This document shows, one piece after another, positions 49,900 through 63,403 of a stretch of DNA of 64,000 bases. The DNA is from Neoconidiobolus thromboides FSU 785 (taxonomy: Eukaryota; Fungi; Entomophthoromycota): NCBI GenBank assembly GCA_025603075.1, contig MU626275.1, forward strand, positions 118,227 through 182,226. The letters run 5' to 3'. The notes below the pieces were generated by a model that worked only from the letters and a program-made list of their open reading frames with translations, did not search any database and was not told the origin of the DNA. The translations under genes were made by a program, and so were the position numbers. Numbering within the stretch: position 1 is the first letter of the stretch; every line of letters begins with the position of its first letter.

Positions 49900-51990
49900 T
49901 TTTACTTTCTTTTAAGTAACTGAATTGTCAATAACTGCTATCTTGATCTTCTTGTTTTTAGAAGCTGTGTTTAATTACTATAAGTTGATGAATCAATCCC
50001 ATCTCTTAGCTCCACTGTATCTTTTACATCTAAATATTTGATAAATCCTCGAAAGCTATTGGATCACCATGGGAACTTTTAACAATATAAAGAAAATGAT
50101 TATTATTATTTTCTATACTTCTAATGTCATTAGAGACGGTTATAGTTGAATTTAGATTATAAATAGGACTAATTAAAGTTTGTGTATTGTTGCATTTAAC
50201 ACTGGGTTTAATATGAGATTTAGAAACTATTGACTTTCTTAAAAGTTCTTCAGTATATTGGTAGAAAAAATAGGTCAATTAACTATAAATCAATCAATCA
50301 ATCAATATTACTTTTGTTTTTGTTTTCTAGAACCGAGAACCCTCAGTATGTAAAGGCCATTGTGAAACAGATTCAGCAATATAATCCTAGAACTATCTTG
50401 AATAAAAACTATTAACAACAATAGAATAATTTAACCCATTGCTACTATCGACTAATATAATGAAACTTTTTCTATTATTATTCTCTACAAGTTCCTCTGA
50501 TGACTTTATCTCTCCTAATTTTCTATCAATATTGATTTAAAATGTTAATTATTAACTGCTTTCATTTCTACATTCATTAATTCATAAACTCGAAAACTAG
50601 TACGATTTTTTTTAAGAATACAAGGTAACCTAAGTTGATCTTCAAACTGGCCATGATCTTTGAAGAAAATCAATAAATAGGTAAGACTTAATTTGAATTT
50701 TTCAAGATTACTTAATAACTCGAAGAGCCTAAAATCCTTATTATTATCTCTTTCAGTTTCAGTTAAACCGGATTCGATAAAGTGAATATTACAAAAGTCA
50801 GTAAGCTTGATTAATAATAGTATCTTGGATTTCCTCTTGCTTTTGCTTTAGATTAGAATCCAAACTAGTCTCATCTTAAAATTGAAATTGATGACGAATT
50901 GATTTCTTAGTTTTTATTATTAAGCACCAAAATTCAATTTTATTGGTTTAAAATGAAATAAATTAAAATTAACTTTGATGTGAATTCAAGGAATAGAATA
51001 TGGGGATGTATTCTTGTTTAATAGTTTTACTAACAATCTTTCCGCTTAAATAACGCTTAAAAAATGGAAAAAGTAACAAAAATCAAAAAAAAATATCCCT
51101 ATGTTCTTCAGTATCCTTTTTTCACTGTTTTTGAACTTTAAAATTTCAACTATTTTCAAAATTCATTATCATAGATCTAATTAACAATTTTATTAATTGT
51201 TACTTTTTAATATCATTGATTAAGGTAATTCATTTCCGAACCTGTAATATATGTACGTACTCGAAAGTCCAAATTAGTGTTAAAATAGCAATAGATCAAA
51301 GGTACTAATAATTTCATATAGAAATAGTTTAGTATCCTATACTTAAACATCTGTATCAAAGTTATTAAAGCTAATAAAGTAATTTTATCAACTTTTAATT
51401 CCTATGATTTATTAATAATGTTTAATAAAGTGACCAAGTTTTATTAAATTATTTTGTAACATTAAAATAATCAATGTTAGTAAAATTTAATATAAATCCC
51501 AATGTTTATTTAGATGAGATAGAAACTAAGAATATTCCATAATTTTTGAGTAAAAATAAAATAAATAGTAAACTCAATTTAAGATAAGTTAACTAACTCT
51601 TCAAACTTACTTGTAAGCTGAGCTTTGCTTTTTTTCCTGCTTCTCCTAAAGTTTTCATTCTGCTGTCAAATTTTGCTATTTTATTAACAGTATTGACAAT
51701 TTCATCTTCAACTTTTATATTATTATTAATTTCATCACCATTTTTAACCATTTTATTATTACCAGTTATAGTGCTATTTACAATTTCCTAAAAAATAAAC
51801 GTTGATAAGTGTTTTTTTAATATTTTAATTATAATAAATTTTGCATATGCTAATCTTTTAATAACTTTATATTTAATAAAATCCCCACCTCTATTGCTTT
51901 TAGCTATTATACTTACTTTCCTGTCATTGGTGTTATTACAATTACTTTGGGTCAAATTGACAAGTTTATTTTGATTTGTGTTAAGCCCTA
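49900..51990 (-). pseudogene. Degenerate coding remnants, possibly a paralog of the 46.7-48.6 kb gene
   Basis: A splice-bounded open exon ~51610-51787 and stop-interrupted frames including GQFEDQLRLPCIL near 50600-50660. Confidence 0.3.
51002..51100 (+). mobile_element. MITE copy 19
   Basis: Flanks ATAT/ATGT. Confidence 0.82.
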
Positions 51991-52161
51991 CAAATCAAAA
52001 TTAATTAAAATTTAATAGATTATATAAAACCTGTATTATTATTATTATTTATGATTTATTGATTCACAAAATGAATTGAAATGTTAAGTATTGATCTAGG
52101 GATTAATCCTAGATGGAAATTTAATGTTTAAAGCATTATATGATTGAGTATAATAATACAT

Positions 52162-52259
52162 GGGAGTGTTTTTTTAACTTCATTATTTTTTCCATTTTTT
52201 AAGCACTATTTGAGTGGAAAATTTGTTAGTCAAATTCTTAAAAACAAAAATACATCCCC
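52162..52259 (-). mobile_element. MITE copy 20
   Basis: Flanks ACAT/ATAT. Confidence 0.85.
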
Positions 52260-52476
52260 ATATTATAGGATCTATTTTATTAGTTTGATTTTGACTAATA
52301 ACTTCTACTATATCTATCAACTCATTTCAATTATCAACCATGAATTTACCATATCACTTTAAGTATTATCATTATAGGATTTGCTTCATTAATTTGAGAA
52401 TTATTTACAACAAAGTCAACCATACTAATAAGATTACTACCCACTTTTAAGTCTGCTGGATCATTTTGTTTATCAA

Positions 52477-52940
52477 TGTGAAATCTGGTACTCAGTGTTT
52501 GCAGTCAAAAACAGTTATTGCCTGCTTGACTACACTATAAGTCGAAAGGTCTTAGTTTATGTGACTAAGATAGACTTGCATTATAAAGAATAGCACGTAA
52601 TAGGCTACAGACTGTATAAAACAAATACAATAGACAATACTAATGTAAAATCTACGTAAAATATTATTAAGAAAACTTAGTGGCTTTATTAAATGTTCGA
52701 GATATCAGTGAATAATTCAATTAAAAAGCCTCGAGCTATTATGTTTTAGAATCTCTTTTATATTCCGATAAGCATAAATATCAAGACGAGAGGATAGTAT
52801 TCTTTGAGACGAAGATAGAAATTCTCATAGCAAATCAGAATGAGAGCATGGGACTAATTATCTCTATAATCGAGAATACAACAGCCTAAGCAATTGTTAT
52901 GCTATAATTAACCATGGGGCTGACAAAGCGATATTCCACA
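52477..52940 (+). mobile_element. Solo LTR, 464 bp, copy 2
   Basis: TGTGAAA...TTCCACA termini (TG..CA with a short inverted repeat); same length as and colinear with 20510-20973; no matching TSD. Confidence 0.75.
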
Positions 52941-52987
52941 GGTTAAAAGCATAACTCCAAGCACAAGTACAAAATCAAAAAAAAACT

Positions 52988-53086
52988 GGAAGTGTTTTTT
53001 TTGGCCTGATTACTTTTTCCGTCTTTTAAGCACTATTTAAGTAGAAAGATTGTTAGTCAAACTCTTAAACACAAAAATACATCCCC
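52988..53086 (-). mobile_element. MITE copy 21
   Basis: Colinear with consensus; TSD not clearly preserved. Confidence 0.8.
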
Positions 53087-53110
53087 ACTATAATAATAAG
53101 TACAACATAT

Positions 53111-53208
53111 GGGAGTGTTTTTTTGACTTTATTATTTTTTCCATTTTTTAAGCGCTATTTAAGCGGAAAATTTGTTAGTAAAATTCTTAAACACAAAAAT
53201 ACATCCCC
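53111..53208 (-). mobile_element. MITE copy 22
   Basis: TSD ATAT/ATAT; 24 bp from copy 21. Confidence 0.9.
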
Positions 53209-53657
53209 ATATGCAGTTTCAAAGGTTATTGTTAAAATTAACTTATAAAAAAATATAACCCATATAACTTTAAAAGTTAGAACTAAAATACTGGAAGTTC
53301 AAGTTAATGCAAACTGAAAAATAATATTGAAAAAGTTTAAAAAATTTATTTTTTGAAATTACAATTAGTAAAAAAAGCAGCCCCTATTTATATTTTTTGG
53401 AACTTATTAATGTCAAGTTTAATAATTTTATGTTATTAGATTGTTTAAAATATTTTAATATAAATTTATATATATATATAAATAGTTAATTATTAGTTGC
53501 AGTGCAATTAAAAAATTTATAATAAAATAAAAAATATAATCAAAGTTGAATTTTATTTCTATTTTTAATCAATTTTAAAACAGAGCATCAGTTATAAAAT
53601 CTTTATATATTAATATACGTTTATTATATTTTTTTCATTTAATTTTTTTTATCATAT

Positions 53658-53755
53658 GGGAATGTTTTCTTTGGCTTTATTATTTCTTTCATCTTTTAAG
53701 CACTATTTGACTGGAAAGATTATTAGTAAAACTCTTAACACAAAAATACATCCCC
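53658..53755 (-). mobile_element. MITE copy 23
   Basis: Flanks ATAT/ACAT. Confidence 0.82.
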
Positions 53756-54699
53756 ACATATTGAAATTAAGTAGAATAATAATTTTAAATAGCTATTGAT
53801 TTTTGTATAAAGTATGATTTTTTTATTCAAATTTTATATATATTTACTCGAGCTTTTAGTTTTCAAATAGAGTATTTTGAAATTAATAGATATTTAAAAA
53901 TATGTTCTAAAATTTTATTAATTGTCTAAATTTGGCTTTAATCTAGTGATAAATATATTTGGAAAAAAAACGTGACTACTGTTTTTAATAATATAGACAT
54001 AAATAAAAAATCAAAATCTTCAAAACAAGCTTAATTCTTTCCTATACAATAATAATTTAAAAAAAGACATAAAAGGCAAAATAAGCATTAACTTTGCTTT
54101 AATTTAGTAGATCATATATAATTAATATACTTATCCAATAAACCAAGATAAACTTTTTTAGCTACAACTTTTTTAGCTACAACTTTTTCCTCCCTTTTAT
54201 CAAAGCCTAAATAATGTAGCTCTCAATATCTTTAGTAACCAATCCTGTTGTCCCGCTTATTTAATCTTTAGGACTATCACCCTATTTAAAAGCAGCTTTA
54301 AAGTTGTCCAAAAAGACTTAAATAAAATATAATTCGTTTTATAGGCTACAATGAATACTTCGACTCTTACTATATTACTATTCTTATATATCGAAACCTT
54401 CTAAATCCCATTTGTTTAGTTTATCAAACAATATATGTATATGTATTATCCTTACGCTACATTATGGCTCTTAGATATTTGACGTCAAAAGAAGATACAC
54501 TAAAAACAAGTCGATAATTTTATTGTATTATAACGATGGAAGATCCAATTTGATTTATTAGGCTGAGAAGTTTGGTTGTGTTTGATTCAATAGAAATTCA
54601 CTTGGATGCATTGAAAGTAATATTTAAAATAACGACTATATGTGGCTTGTCAAATTCTCTATCATTATATTATATATTAAAAACAGTGTATTGAATTTA

Positions 54700-56253
54700 A
54701 TAACAACCTTTCACTTTATTGAGTTGATTTTATTTGAAACTAAACTACTCACTCTACCTTGGTCACTTAATTCACCCTCTTCATATTAGTCAGTTGTTCC
54801 TCCTTCTTCTTTTTGATCATTTAAACCCTCAGTATTTTTTCCATTCTCCTTCATATTCTTAATAATGATTTTAGAACCACTAGAAACTCCAATTACACCA
54901 TTACTATTTTTGATTACAATCAACTTCCTTATTTGTTAGCTCTTTTGTACCTTTTGGATCTAAACATGTATTTAACAAACCATACTTATCATTTAAATTG
55001 ACATATGGCCTTTCGATTTCATCAAAACTATGGCCGTGATCAAATCTTTAAAAGAAACCAGAGTAAGTAGGGTAGAAATAAACAAGCATAATTGAAACAC
55101 CAACCTTCTCATTTATACCATTTTTTTTGCCAACAAGATACTTTTTTGAGCCCTTTTTTGTAATCTTTTTTGTTTATTAGAAGCAAAAATCTCTCCATAA
55201 TAATCATATTTATTGTTAGTAAAACCTTGACTATTATCATTATCTATAACTTTTGGGGCATTACTAAATCCATTAGCTTTAAATACTCTTTGATTAAAAC
55301 CACAAATAATATTACTAGAAGTTTGGCCATTACTATTCTTAACATTTGTAAAGATATCAGTATTACTAACTATAAGCACATTTCGATAAAAACTACCTAT
55401 ATCATTATTGGAAATTCGATCATTACTATCCCTAAATTTGAGGAAATTATGAAGTTCATGGGATGTAAATACTATCTGAAGTTATTGATCTTGTCCCTAG
55501 TAAGAGTCAGTATAATTAAATTATAAACTTTAGAAAATGCCCTAGTTTAGATATAGTTGGAACTAACTTTAGTATGCTCATTCAGGAGCTATGATAAAGA
55601 CTATGGGTCCTTTTTTAAAAAAGGGCAAGTATTTTTACGTTGTAAATGAGTAACCTCATTCTGTGTGATTTGAATATTTGACTATGGGTGACATCAAGGG
55701 ATATTCGTTTTGAAATAAATTCTACCAAATAACCTTAAAAAATAAGTTAAGAATTAAAAAAGTAAAGTATTATTTACTCCTGTTTCACCTTTATATATGA
55801 TAAAACTTCTTTCATCAGTAATTTCCTCTAAAGTGCCCGTAATTAACATCCTACTTTCTACTTTCTGTAAAATTGATTTATGATAATACTACAAATATTA
55901 CAAACATTTGCATCGTTCGTTTGGTTTGATCTAAGCCTTTTATTACTCCTTATGATAAAGGTACAAGGTAATTTGATTTTTTTCACCGCTTTATTTCAGC
56001 TTTAATAGAATTAAATCAATAGAATAAAACTGTATTTAATATTTTAGATTACTTAACAACTCAAAGCGACGAAGTTGTTTATGTTTTTTCTTTCCAGTTG
56101 AGCTTGATAATTCAACAAAATGAGCATCATGGAAACCTTATATTCCTTCACAAGTATGATGACCTGAGATGTCTTCTAAATTTTACATCCCATTTTTATT
56201 TTCTGTTATTCCTATATTTTGCTTTGGCTTCTGACTAGGCGGCATCTTTTTAA
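54700..56253 (-). pseudogene. Pseudogene paralog of the 46.7-48.6 kb hypothetical gene
   Basis: Exons read GEKIKLPCTF, RMLITGTLEEITDERSFII and VEFISKRISL in the same order as the paralog; in-frame stops in the first exon and a frameshift. Confidence 0.5.
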
Positions 56254-56755
56254 ACTTAATGTTTGTGTTGATTCTTCATTTTTTTAATGAAATTTTCGAT
56301 TTAATTTTCTTAGTTTTTTATAGTTAAGATTTAAAAGTTATATTTTGTTGGTTAAAAATAAATTAAATTTAAAAGTGAACTCAAAGGATATGTCAATCAA
56401 ACTATGGAACACTTAGTAAAAGGTATTAGCTATTAATCTTTATTTACTTTTATATATACAAGTCTCCGAGTAATCCTTAAATTATTTTCTAGCTATTTAA
56501 ATCTTTAAAAGTATTTGATAAACGATTGGTAGATAGTAAGGAGAAATATAAAATAATTGTGCTTTTTACTTTAAACTCATTTTCATTTTCATTTTCACTT
56601 TATGTAAAATCGGAACCAATTGATGGCTATAACAATTTAATTTTACATCTGAAGTTTAACGTTAATTTATAAAAATTGATTTTAGATTGAAGCAAAACTT
56701 TCCTCCATCAAATTCAGTTCAATTTTCAAAATCATAAAGTCAAAATCAAATAATA

Positions 56756-58444
56756 ATGATAGAAGACATAGCACAAGATGCAATTGAAATAAGTTCAGAA
56801 GATTTAAGTTCTACATCGAGTGAAGGAAAACAAATTACGCCTGAGATTAAAAATAAAGTTAAAAAAACCAAGCCAAAAATAAACGAAACCATTGTGCTTG
56901 AAGTAGATCTTGAAAAATCATATATTGTTAATGTACCAAAATTATTATCCGAATATCAAAAACAACACGAAGTTTTAGAAAGTTCAGATACTGAGAGTGA
57001 ATGCGAAGTAGAAGATGAATCTGAGGCCGATGAAGAAGTAGAGGAAAGTGAAACATCAATAGATACCGAAAATGACCAATTTTTTAATAAAATATTACAA
57101 AAAGCAGAAAGTTATGATGTAAGTTTTAGTATCCTATTTATATATATATTTATTCGTCTTTTTTTAAAAGGCAGAAGATATTGGAGATTATGATTATTCA
57201 GATGATTTTATTGATGATAGTGAATTGATTTTACCTACAAAAAAAAAAGAAACCAAAGCAAAAAAAGTAGTTGTTGTATTAAATGATCAAGGTAATATCC
57301 TTACTGAGGAGGAAGAACAAGAATTTGATGAAAAGCAATTTTTTGTCTATCATGGACCACTTCCAAATAAAAAAGATGAGGATGCTAGGTAAATTAATTA
57401 TTAATCTTATTTTATAGATGTTAATATACATCTATTAGTATTAAAGCAGCTATCGATGAGTTGCCAAAAAAGAAAAAGCAGTCAGCTCCTAGAAGAACAA
57501 TTAAAAAAGATACAAATCAAAATAAAGAAACTAAGAGTGATGCTACTGTTACCTCAACAAAAAAAAGTAGCTCACAGCTTAAAGAATTAAAGAGTACCAG
57601 TATAATAGATCCATTAAAGAAACATAAAGAATCAAAGGGTAGCAGCTATTCGAGTACAATAAAGAAGACGAGCCACAGTAAACAACAAAAAGATGGTCCT
57701 CTAGCAGCTACCGTCAAAAAAGAAAGCAGCGAAGGCAATGTGATACAACAACCAAGCAATTTAAGCGACAAAATGAATGATACAATAAAGCGTACACAAG
57801 TTAAATCAAGGATAAGCAGTAGTAAAGATGGTCATACAGTTAAACGACCTAAAGTTAGTCGTATAGTAAGTGACTCATTAAGTGCAGAAAATATTCAGCC
57901 AATAGAGAAATTAAGTACAAGTAAAGATCCTAATGTAATTAAGAAACCCAAAGTTAATCGTATAGTAAGTGAATCCCTAAGTGCTGAAACAAACCGACCA
58001 ATTGAAAAAGCAAGTAGTAGTAAAAAAGTATCTAAAAAAGCAATGGAGCATAAACCAGTAATGAATAGAAAAGGAGCCGAATATTTAAGTTTTAATTCAA
58101 GGGAATTCAATACATTAATGTATATTGATGAAACTACAAGTCCTCATGAAGTTATTAATAGAGATACATTAAAAAAACAAATAAGTAGACCAAAAATTAC
58201 CACGTCCAATATGAATCGACCATTTAACACTCATACCTCACAACAGAGTAGATTAAATATGATTCATCATGAACCAATAACAAAACATAACAGGGATACT
58301 TTTGCTAAATTAAAGAATAATGAAACTTTTCGTCAACCTAAAGATATCAACATATTGAATCCAATTAATGAAGATAAGTATATTAAAAATAAGCATAATG
58401 ATAAACTAGATAACTTAAATAGCAATAGGAGTTTTTTAGATTAA
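56756..58444 (+). CDS. HPC2: HIR-complex subunit Hpc2/ubinuclein-like protein (HUN domain), 3 exons
   Basis: Middle exon (~57171-57389) reads AEDIGDYDYSDDFIDDSEL...QFFVYHGPL, the HUN motif; acidic exon 1 and a basic low-complexity last exon. Confidence 0.75.
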
Positions 58445-59255
58445 AGGTTTTGGTATAATATTTATAACAAAAACAAACATGATGGAATTGAATGATTTAT
58501 CGCTTTTTAATGCTCAATTAATTTTTTGCTATTTTTGGAAATAAGATCTGCCGATTTAAATTTTGGCACTTGGTACCTGTTTATCAAAATATTAAATAAA
58601 AGATGATAGTATATATTTAGCTTTATTTTCTTTATTTTCACGATGATAAGTATAAAAGGATGTTTAAAATCATCAGCATAGTAAGTTTAAAAGTTCTCTT
58701 ATTAATCTTTTCGGTTTTTAATAGCTTAATACATATTAAACTTTGAGTTTTCAACTATCTATTAAATTTTTTTGAATCTCTATTAGACTAATATATTAAT
58801 TTTTATAATCATTTATTTTTATTATATTTATAAAAAAACTTAAAAGTTAAATACTACCACAGCCTAACATTAGCTCTTTTACAATTGAATTTTGAGCAGT
58901 ATATTTTATAATTTTCAATTAAATTATAAAAGGATTTTGACCAAAATGATATACTAAATGCTTTGGTCACTATTCGGATTAAATTAAATACTAAAAATTA
59001 TCGAACATGTATATTATATCAATATATATCTTTAAAGTATGTGCCAATCATTATAACGCCTTAATCGTTATATAGAGGAGCTAACTAGTATATTTAGTAG
59101 GCATTTCAAACTATCACAACTTAATCTTTCGCATATTATTGTAAAAATATATCAAACTAAATTAGTAATAATAAATAAAGTAAAACTGACTTTTTATTTA
59201 TAAAACCATATATATTACTAAATTGAAATATCGCAATAATCTCTCATTGAAAAGT

Positions 59256-59670
59256 TTAGTAGCATTGTGCATTACCAGCAGTACCTCTACAAGTAGTACC
59301 ATCAGCACATGGGTTAGACCAAAGTGNNNNNNNNNNNNNNNNNNNNNNNNNNNNNNNNNNNNNNNNNNNNNNNNNNNNNNNNNNNNNNNNNNNNNNNNNN
59401 NNNNNNNNNNNNNNNNNNNNNNNNNNNNNNNNNNNNNNNNNNNNNNNNNNNNNNNNNNNNNNNNNNNNNNNNNNNNNNNNNNNNNNNNNNNNNNNNNCCT
59501 CTACATGGGAAACTAAATTGACCACCTAAAGGTGAACTCATATCATAATCGATTGCTCCTTTATTTCCAGTCAAATGTTTAGAACGCCTTGGGGCTGGAC
59601 TAATAACTTCCATGTGACTGTAAATGGTACCAAAGCTAGATAAGACAATAATGGAATCTACAAATTTCAT
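59256..59670 (-). CDS. AA11-like lytic polysaccharide monooxygenase with C-terminal CBM19-like module, copy A (middle in gap)
   Basis: Signal MKFVDSIIVLSSFGTIYS then H-MEVISPAPR...SSPLGGQFSFPCR (N-terminal His; SPL..FPC as in AA11). C-terminus WSNPCADGTTCRGTAGNAQCY*. Gap 59327-59497. Confidence 0.6.
59327..59497. other. Assembly gap (171 N)
   Basis: Run of N. Confidence 1.
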
Positions 59671-61099
59671 GATTAAAGTTGTTTGGTTTTTAACTCTCGT
59701 AGATTAATGGAACATAAACTTTGATATTGATTAATGTATTTTCATTAGTTTATATAGTATGCTAATAAATATCTCATTCTACTATGATAATAGTGAGAAT
59801 AATTAGCTCTAATAACTCAATTATATTTTTAGCCACTAATTATCACTTCAGCATGAATATCTCTTGATAAGCTGCTTATATTAATAAATTTTATATTGGT
59901 TAAATTATCCATTATTTTTCAATTCGGATTTTAAATTAATATTATACTACTTAAATGTGTAAACTAATATACTAATCAAAATTTAATTAAAATCAATGTT
60001 TATTAAGCTTAAACCTTTAATTTAATGAAATTAATTATAGTTTTAAGCTATTGTTAAATAAATCTTTCTATTTTTAAAGTAACAAAATTAAAGGATAACA
60101 CCAAACGGGTTAAATTTGATTCATAGCTTCGAAGCTTATTGTTCCAAAACTCTTGGTAAGTTTAATGTTGATGTAAAAAATATTATCCTATCCCTCTACC
60201 ATGTGAATGTTTTGAGCATGATTATAAACTATTATAATGCTTAAATTCGATTGAGTTATTTAAACGATAATATACAAAGACGGAAAAGACCCAAACATTT
60301 TGAAATCTTACTATTTTTTTATTTTATAAAAAAAGTATTGTATATTTAAACACGTCTTTTAATAATGTTTAAATAGAACAAAAAATACAACTTAATCTAA
60401 AATTACAATGACAGTGTTTGAATTTCTAAGCAACAATGATTTTACTACATAGAAATTATAGTTAAAAGTCTTAGAAGCTCAAATATTTAATATTTTCGTA
60501 TCCTCTGTATCGATGACACAAAAGCGAAATCAGCTTTTTTCTAAAGGAATAGGGGATGCCTTCCAATTTCCTGTTTTCCAATAAAAACTATTACGGCACT
60601 GGAGTTCATTAATACTATTTCATTCAATTAAACCAGGGTATATTACAAGCTCCTTTATTTATTATTTCCTTTACTTTTCTTTTTCATATTTTTTAGTGCT
60701 TAAAGGAAGGATGGCTTTTATGTTTTATGTATAAATACACTTCACCTACAAAAATAAATTAACTGAAACATGATATTTTTATTTACTGCTTTATTTGAAC
60801 TCAGTTGGTTTCATTTACTTGCACATTACCGCTTTCTATGATATATTTGTAATAAGAAGCACCGAATTTAATAATGATATAAGATACCAACCATGTTAAA
60901 AATAATAAGTCTTTGATAAAAATATTAAAAGTCAAGAAGTCTTAATATAATAAAGACTTAATGCTTTTATCCAATTTCAACAGTACTGATAATGTGATTA
61001 ATTTAAAAAAAATCAAAATGCGAACTGTCCTTAGACTCAAAGAAATTATAAAGTGTTAAATGAAATTACACTTAGATAATAGATGCAAATGAATAATAT

Positions 61100-61193
61100 G
61101 GGGATGTATTTTTCAAGAATTTTACTAACAATCTTTCCGCTTAAATAGCGCTTGAAAAATGGAAAAAACAATGAAGTCAAAAAAAACACTCCC
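61100..61193 (+). mobile_element. MITE copy 24
   Basis: TSD ATAT/ATAT; short internal deletion. Confidence 0.88.
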
Positions 61194-61411
61194 ATATAGT
61201 TTTAGTACTAATATCTGATTTCGAAATACACTAGAAATATTAGGCTAAAATTAGCCAAAAGTTCCTTTATGAAGCGAATAATATTTTATATTTTATATAG
61301 AATGTTTAATAAGAATGTAAAAAGATCATGTTATGGACAAATAAACTTTATTAATTTTGAGGAATTTGATAATCACAGATATATCAAATTAAAATAATTC
61401 AACTAAATAGC

Positions 61412-62327
61412 CTAATAACATTGTGCGTTACCAAGAGCCCCTTTGCAGGTAGTACCATCAGCACATGGGTTAGACCAAAGTGCTTTGTTGAAGCACATGG
61501 CAATTGTTGAACCATTGAGACAATACATTTTACCATCTTCACANNNNNNNNNNNNNNNNNNNNNNNNNNNNNNNNNNNNNNNNNNNNNNNNNNNNNNNNN
61601 NNNNNNNNNNNNNNNNNNNNNNNNNNNNNNNNNNNNNNNNNNNNNNNNNNNNNNNNNNNNNNNNNNNNNNNNNNNNNNNNNNNNNNNNNNNNNNNNNNNN
61701 NNNNNNNNNNNNNNNNNNNNNNNNNNNNNNNNNNNNNNNNNNNNNNNNNNNNNNNNNNNNNNNNNNNNNNNNNNNNNNNNNNNNNNNNNNNNNNNNNNNN
61801 NNNNNNNNNNNNNNNNNNNNNNNNNNNNNNNNNNNNNNNNNNNNNNNNNNNNNNNNNNNNNNNNNNNNNNNNNNNNNNNNNNNNNNNNNNNNNNNNNNNN
61901 NNNNNNNNNNNNNNNNNNNNNNNNNNNNNNNNNNNNNNNNNNNNNNNNNNNNNNNNNNNNNNNNNNNNNNNNNNNNNNNNNNNNNNNNNNNNNNNNNNNN
62001 NNNNNNNNNNNNNNNNNNNNNNNNNNNNNNNNNNNNNNNNNNNNNNNNNNNNNNNNNNNNNNNNNNNNNNNNNNNNNNNNNNNNNNNNNNNNNNNNNNNN
62101 NNNNNNNNNNNNNNNNNNNNNNNNNNNNNNNNNNNNNNNNNNNNNNNNNNNNNNNNNNNNNNNNNNNNNNNNNNNNNNNNNNNNNNNNNNNNNNNNNNNN
62201 NNNNNNNNNNNNNNNNNNNNNNNNNNNNNNNNNNNNNNNNNNNNNNNNNNNNNNNNNNNNNNNNNNNNNNNNNNNNNNNNNNNNNNNNNNNNNNNNNNNN
62301 NNNNNNNNNNNNNNNNNNAAGTTGCAT
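61412..62327 (-). CDS. Paralog of the AA11/CBM19 gene, copy B (mostly in gap)
   Basis: C-terminus CEDGKMYCLNGSTIAMCFNKALWSNPCADGTTCKGALGNAQCY*. The start and upstream region resemble copy A (CATGATTAAAGTTGT). Gap 61544-62318. Confidence 0.55.
61544..62318. other. Assembly gap (775 N)
   Basis: Run of N. Confidence 1.
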
Positions 62328-63308
62328 GATTAAAGTTGTATTGGTTTTAATTCTCACAGAGAAACAGAAATTGAACTTTGATAATGTATGATGTCCTTTT
62401 TTTATTGCTTATATACCATTCTGTCAAGTACCTTGTTGTACCATGGTTATGGTGTTAATAATTAGCCCTGATAACTCAAAGTTATTTTAAATTTTGAAGT
62501 ACCATATTGGTACAACTTGTTCTTTGTAAGCCCCTTGTGTTAATAAATTAAAACTTAATTAGATTTTTGACTATATAGTTAAACTACATTTTAGATTGAT
62601 TTTTTATTAATTTGGATAAAAACTAAAATCAAGATAGTAGTCTAAAGTAATAAATATATTTATATTTGTGTTTAAATTAAAGGTTTAAAAATAAATTAAC
62701 TAACAACTTTTAATGTTATTTATATAAACCTCATTATTTTCATCAAAGCCAAATCAAAGAAATATTAGATATCCTCTTCAAAAGTCGATTTAAAAATCAT
62801 AGCTATTTAATGTATTTGATTTAAAGAATATTCACTAATGTAATTTTTAAAATTACTATTAAAATAAATTAAACATAATTTTTCCTACATGGACCTAAAA
62901 GCATCATAAACTAAGTGCTTTAAACAATCAGAAACCCTTAAAACTATTTGACATGCTCAGTCTATGATGCTTTCAAGCTATGTAAGAAAATCCATGCTTA
63001 AGCTGTTCTAGGATTAACGTTATAACTTATATTCATAACCTATTTTTATAAATTTTGAGCTATTTAATATTTTGATGTCAACAATGTAAAATTGAAAGTC
63101 AAATTTTTATCAAAATGCAGGGACCCTGTCAAAAAAGTATTTTTCAATAAGAATTATTGCACTATTAAAACTCTGCTTTTATTTAAATAACTCAATTGAT
63201 TAACTCTGAGGTATTAATGCTTTTTTTCCTATAATGTTTTATAAAACAGTTTAATTGGTTTCTATATTTTCTTTAACAAAATATTAACTTAAAGATCAAA
63301 ATATAGAT

Positions 63309-63393
63309 AAGGATGTATTTTTTTGTTTAAGAATTTTACTAGTAATCTTTCTACTTAAATAGCGCTTAAAAATGGAAAAACAAATGAATTCCA
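63309..63393 (+). mobile_element. MITE copy 25 (truncated)
   Basis: GGATGTATTTTTTTGTTTAAGAATTTTACT...AGCGCTTAAAAATGGAAAAA; far end missing. Confidence 0.75.
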
Positions 63394-63403
63394 AAGAATA
63401 TAT

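Noticed and set aside
59223-62357. Long X-containing ORFs
   Set aside because: Created by reading through N runs; only the flanking peptides are informative.
63116-63128. CAGGGACCCTG palindrome as a hAT end or footprint
   Set aside because: Too short, with no partner end or TSD found.
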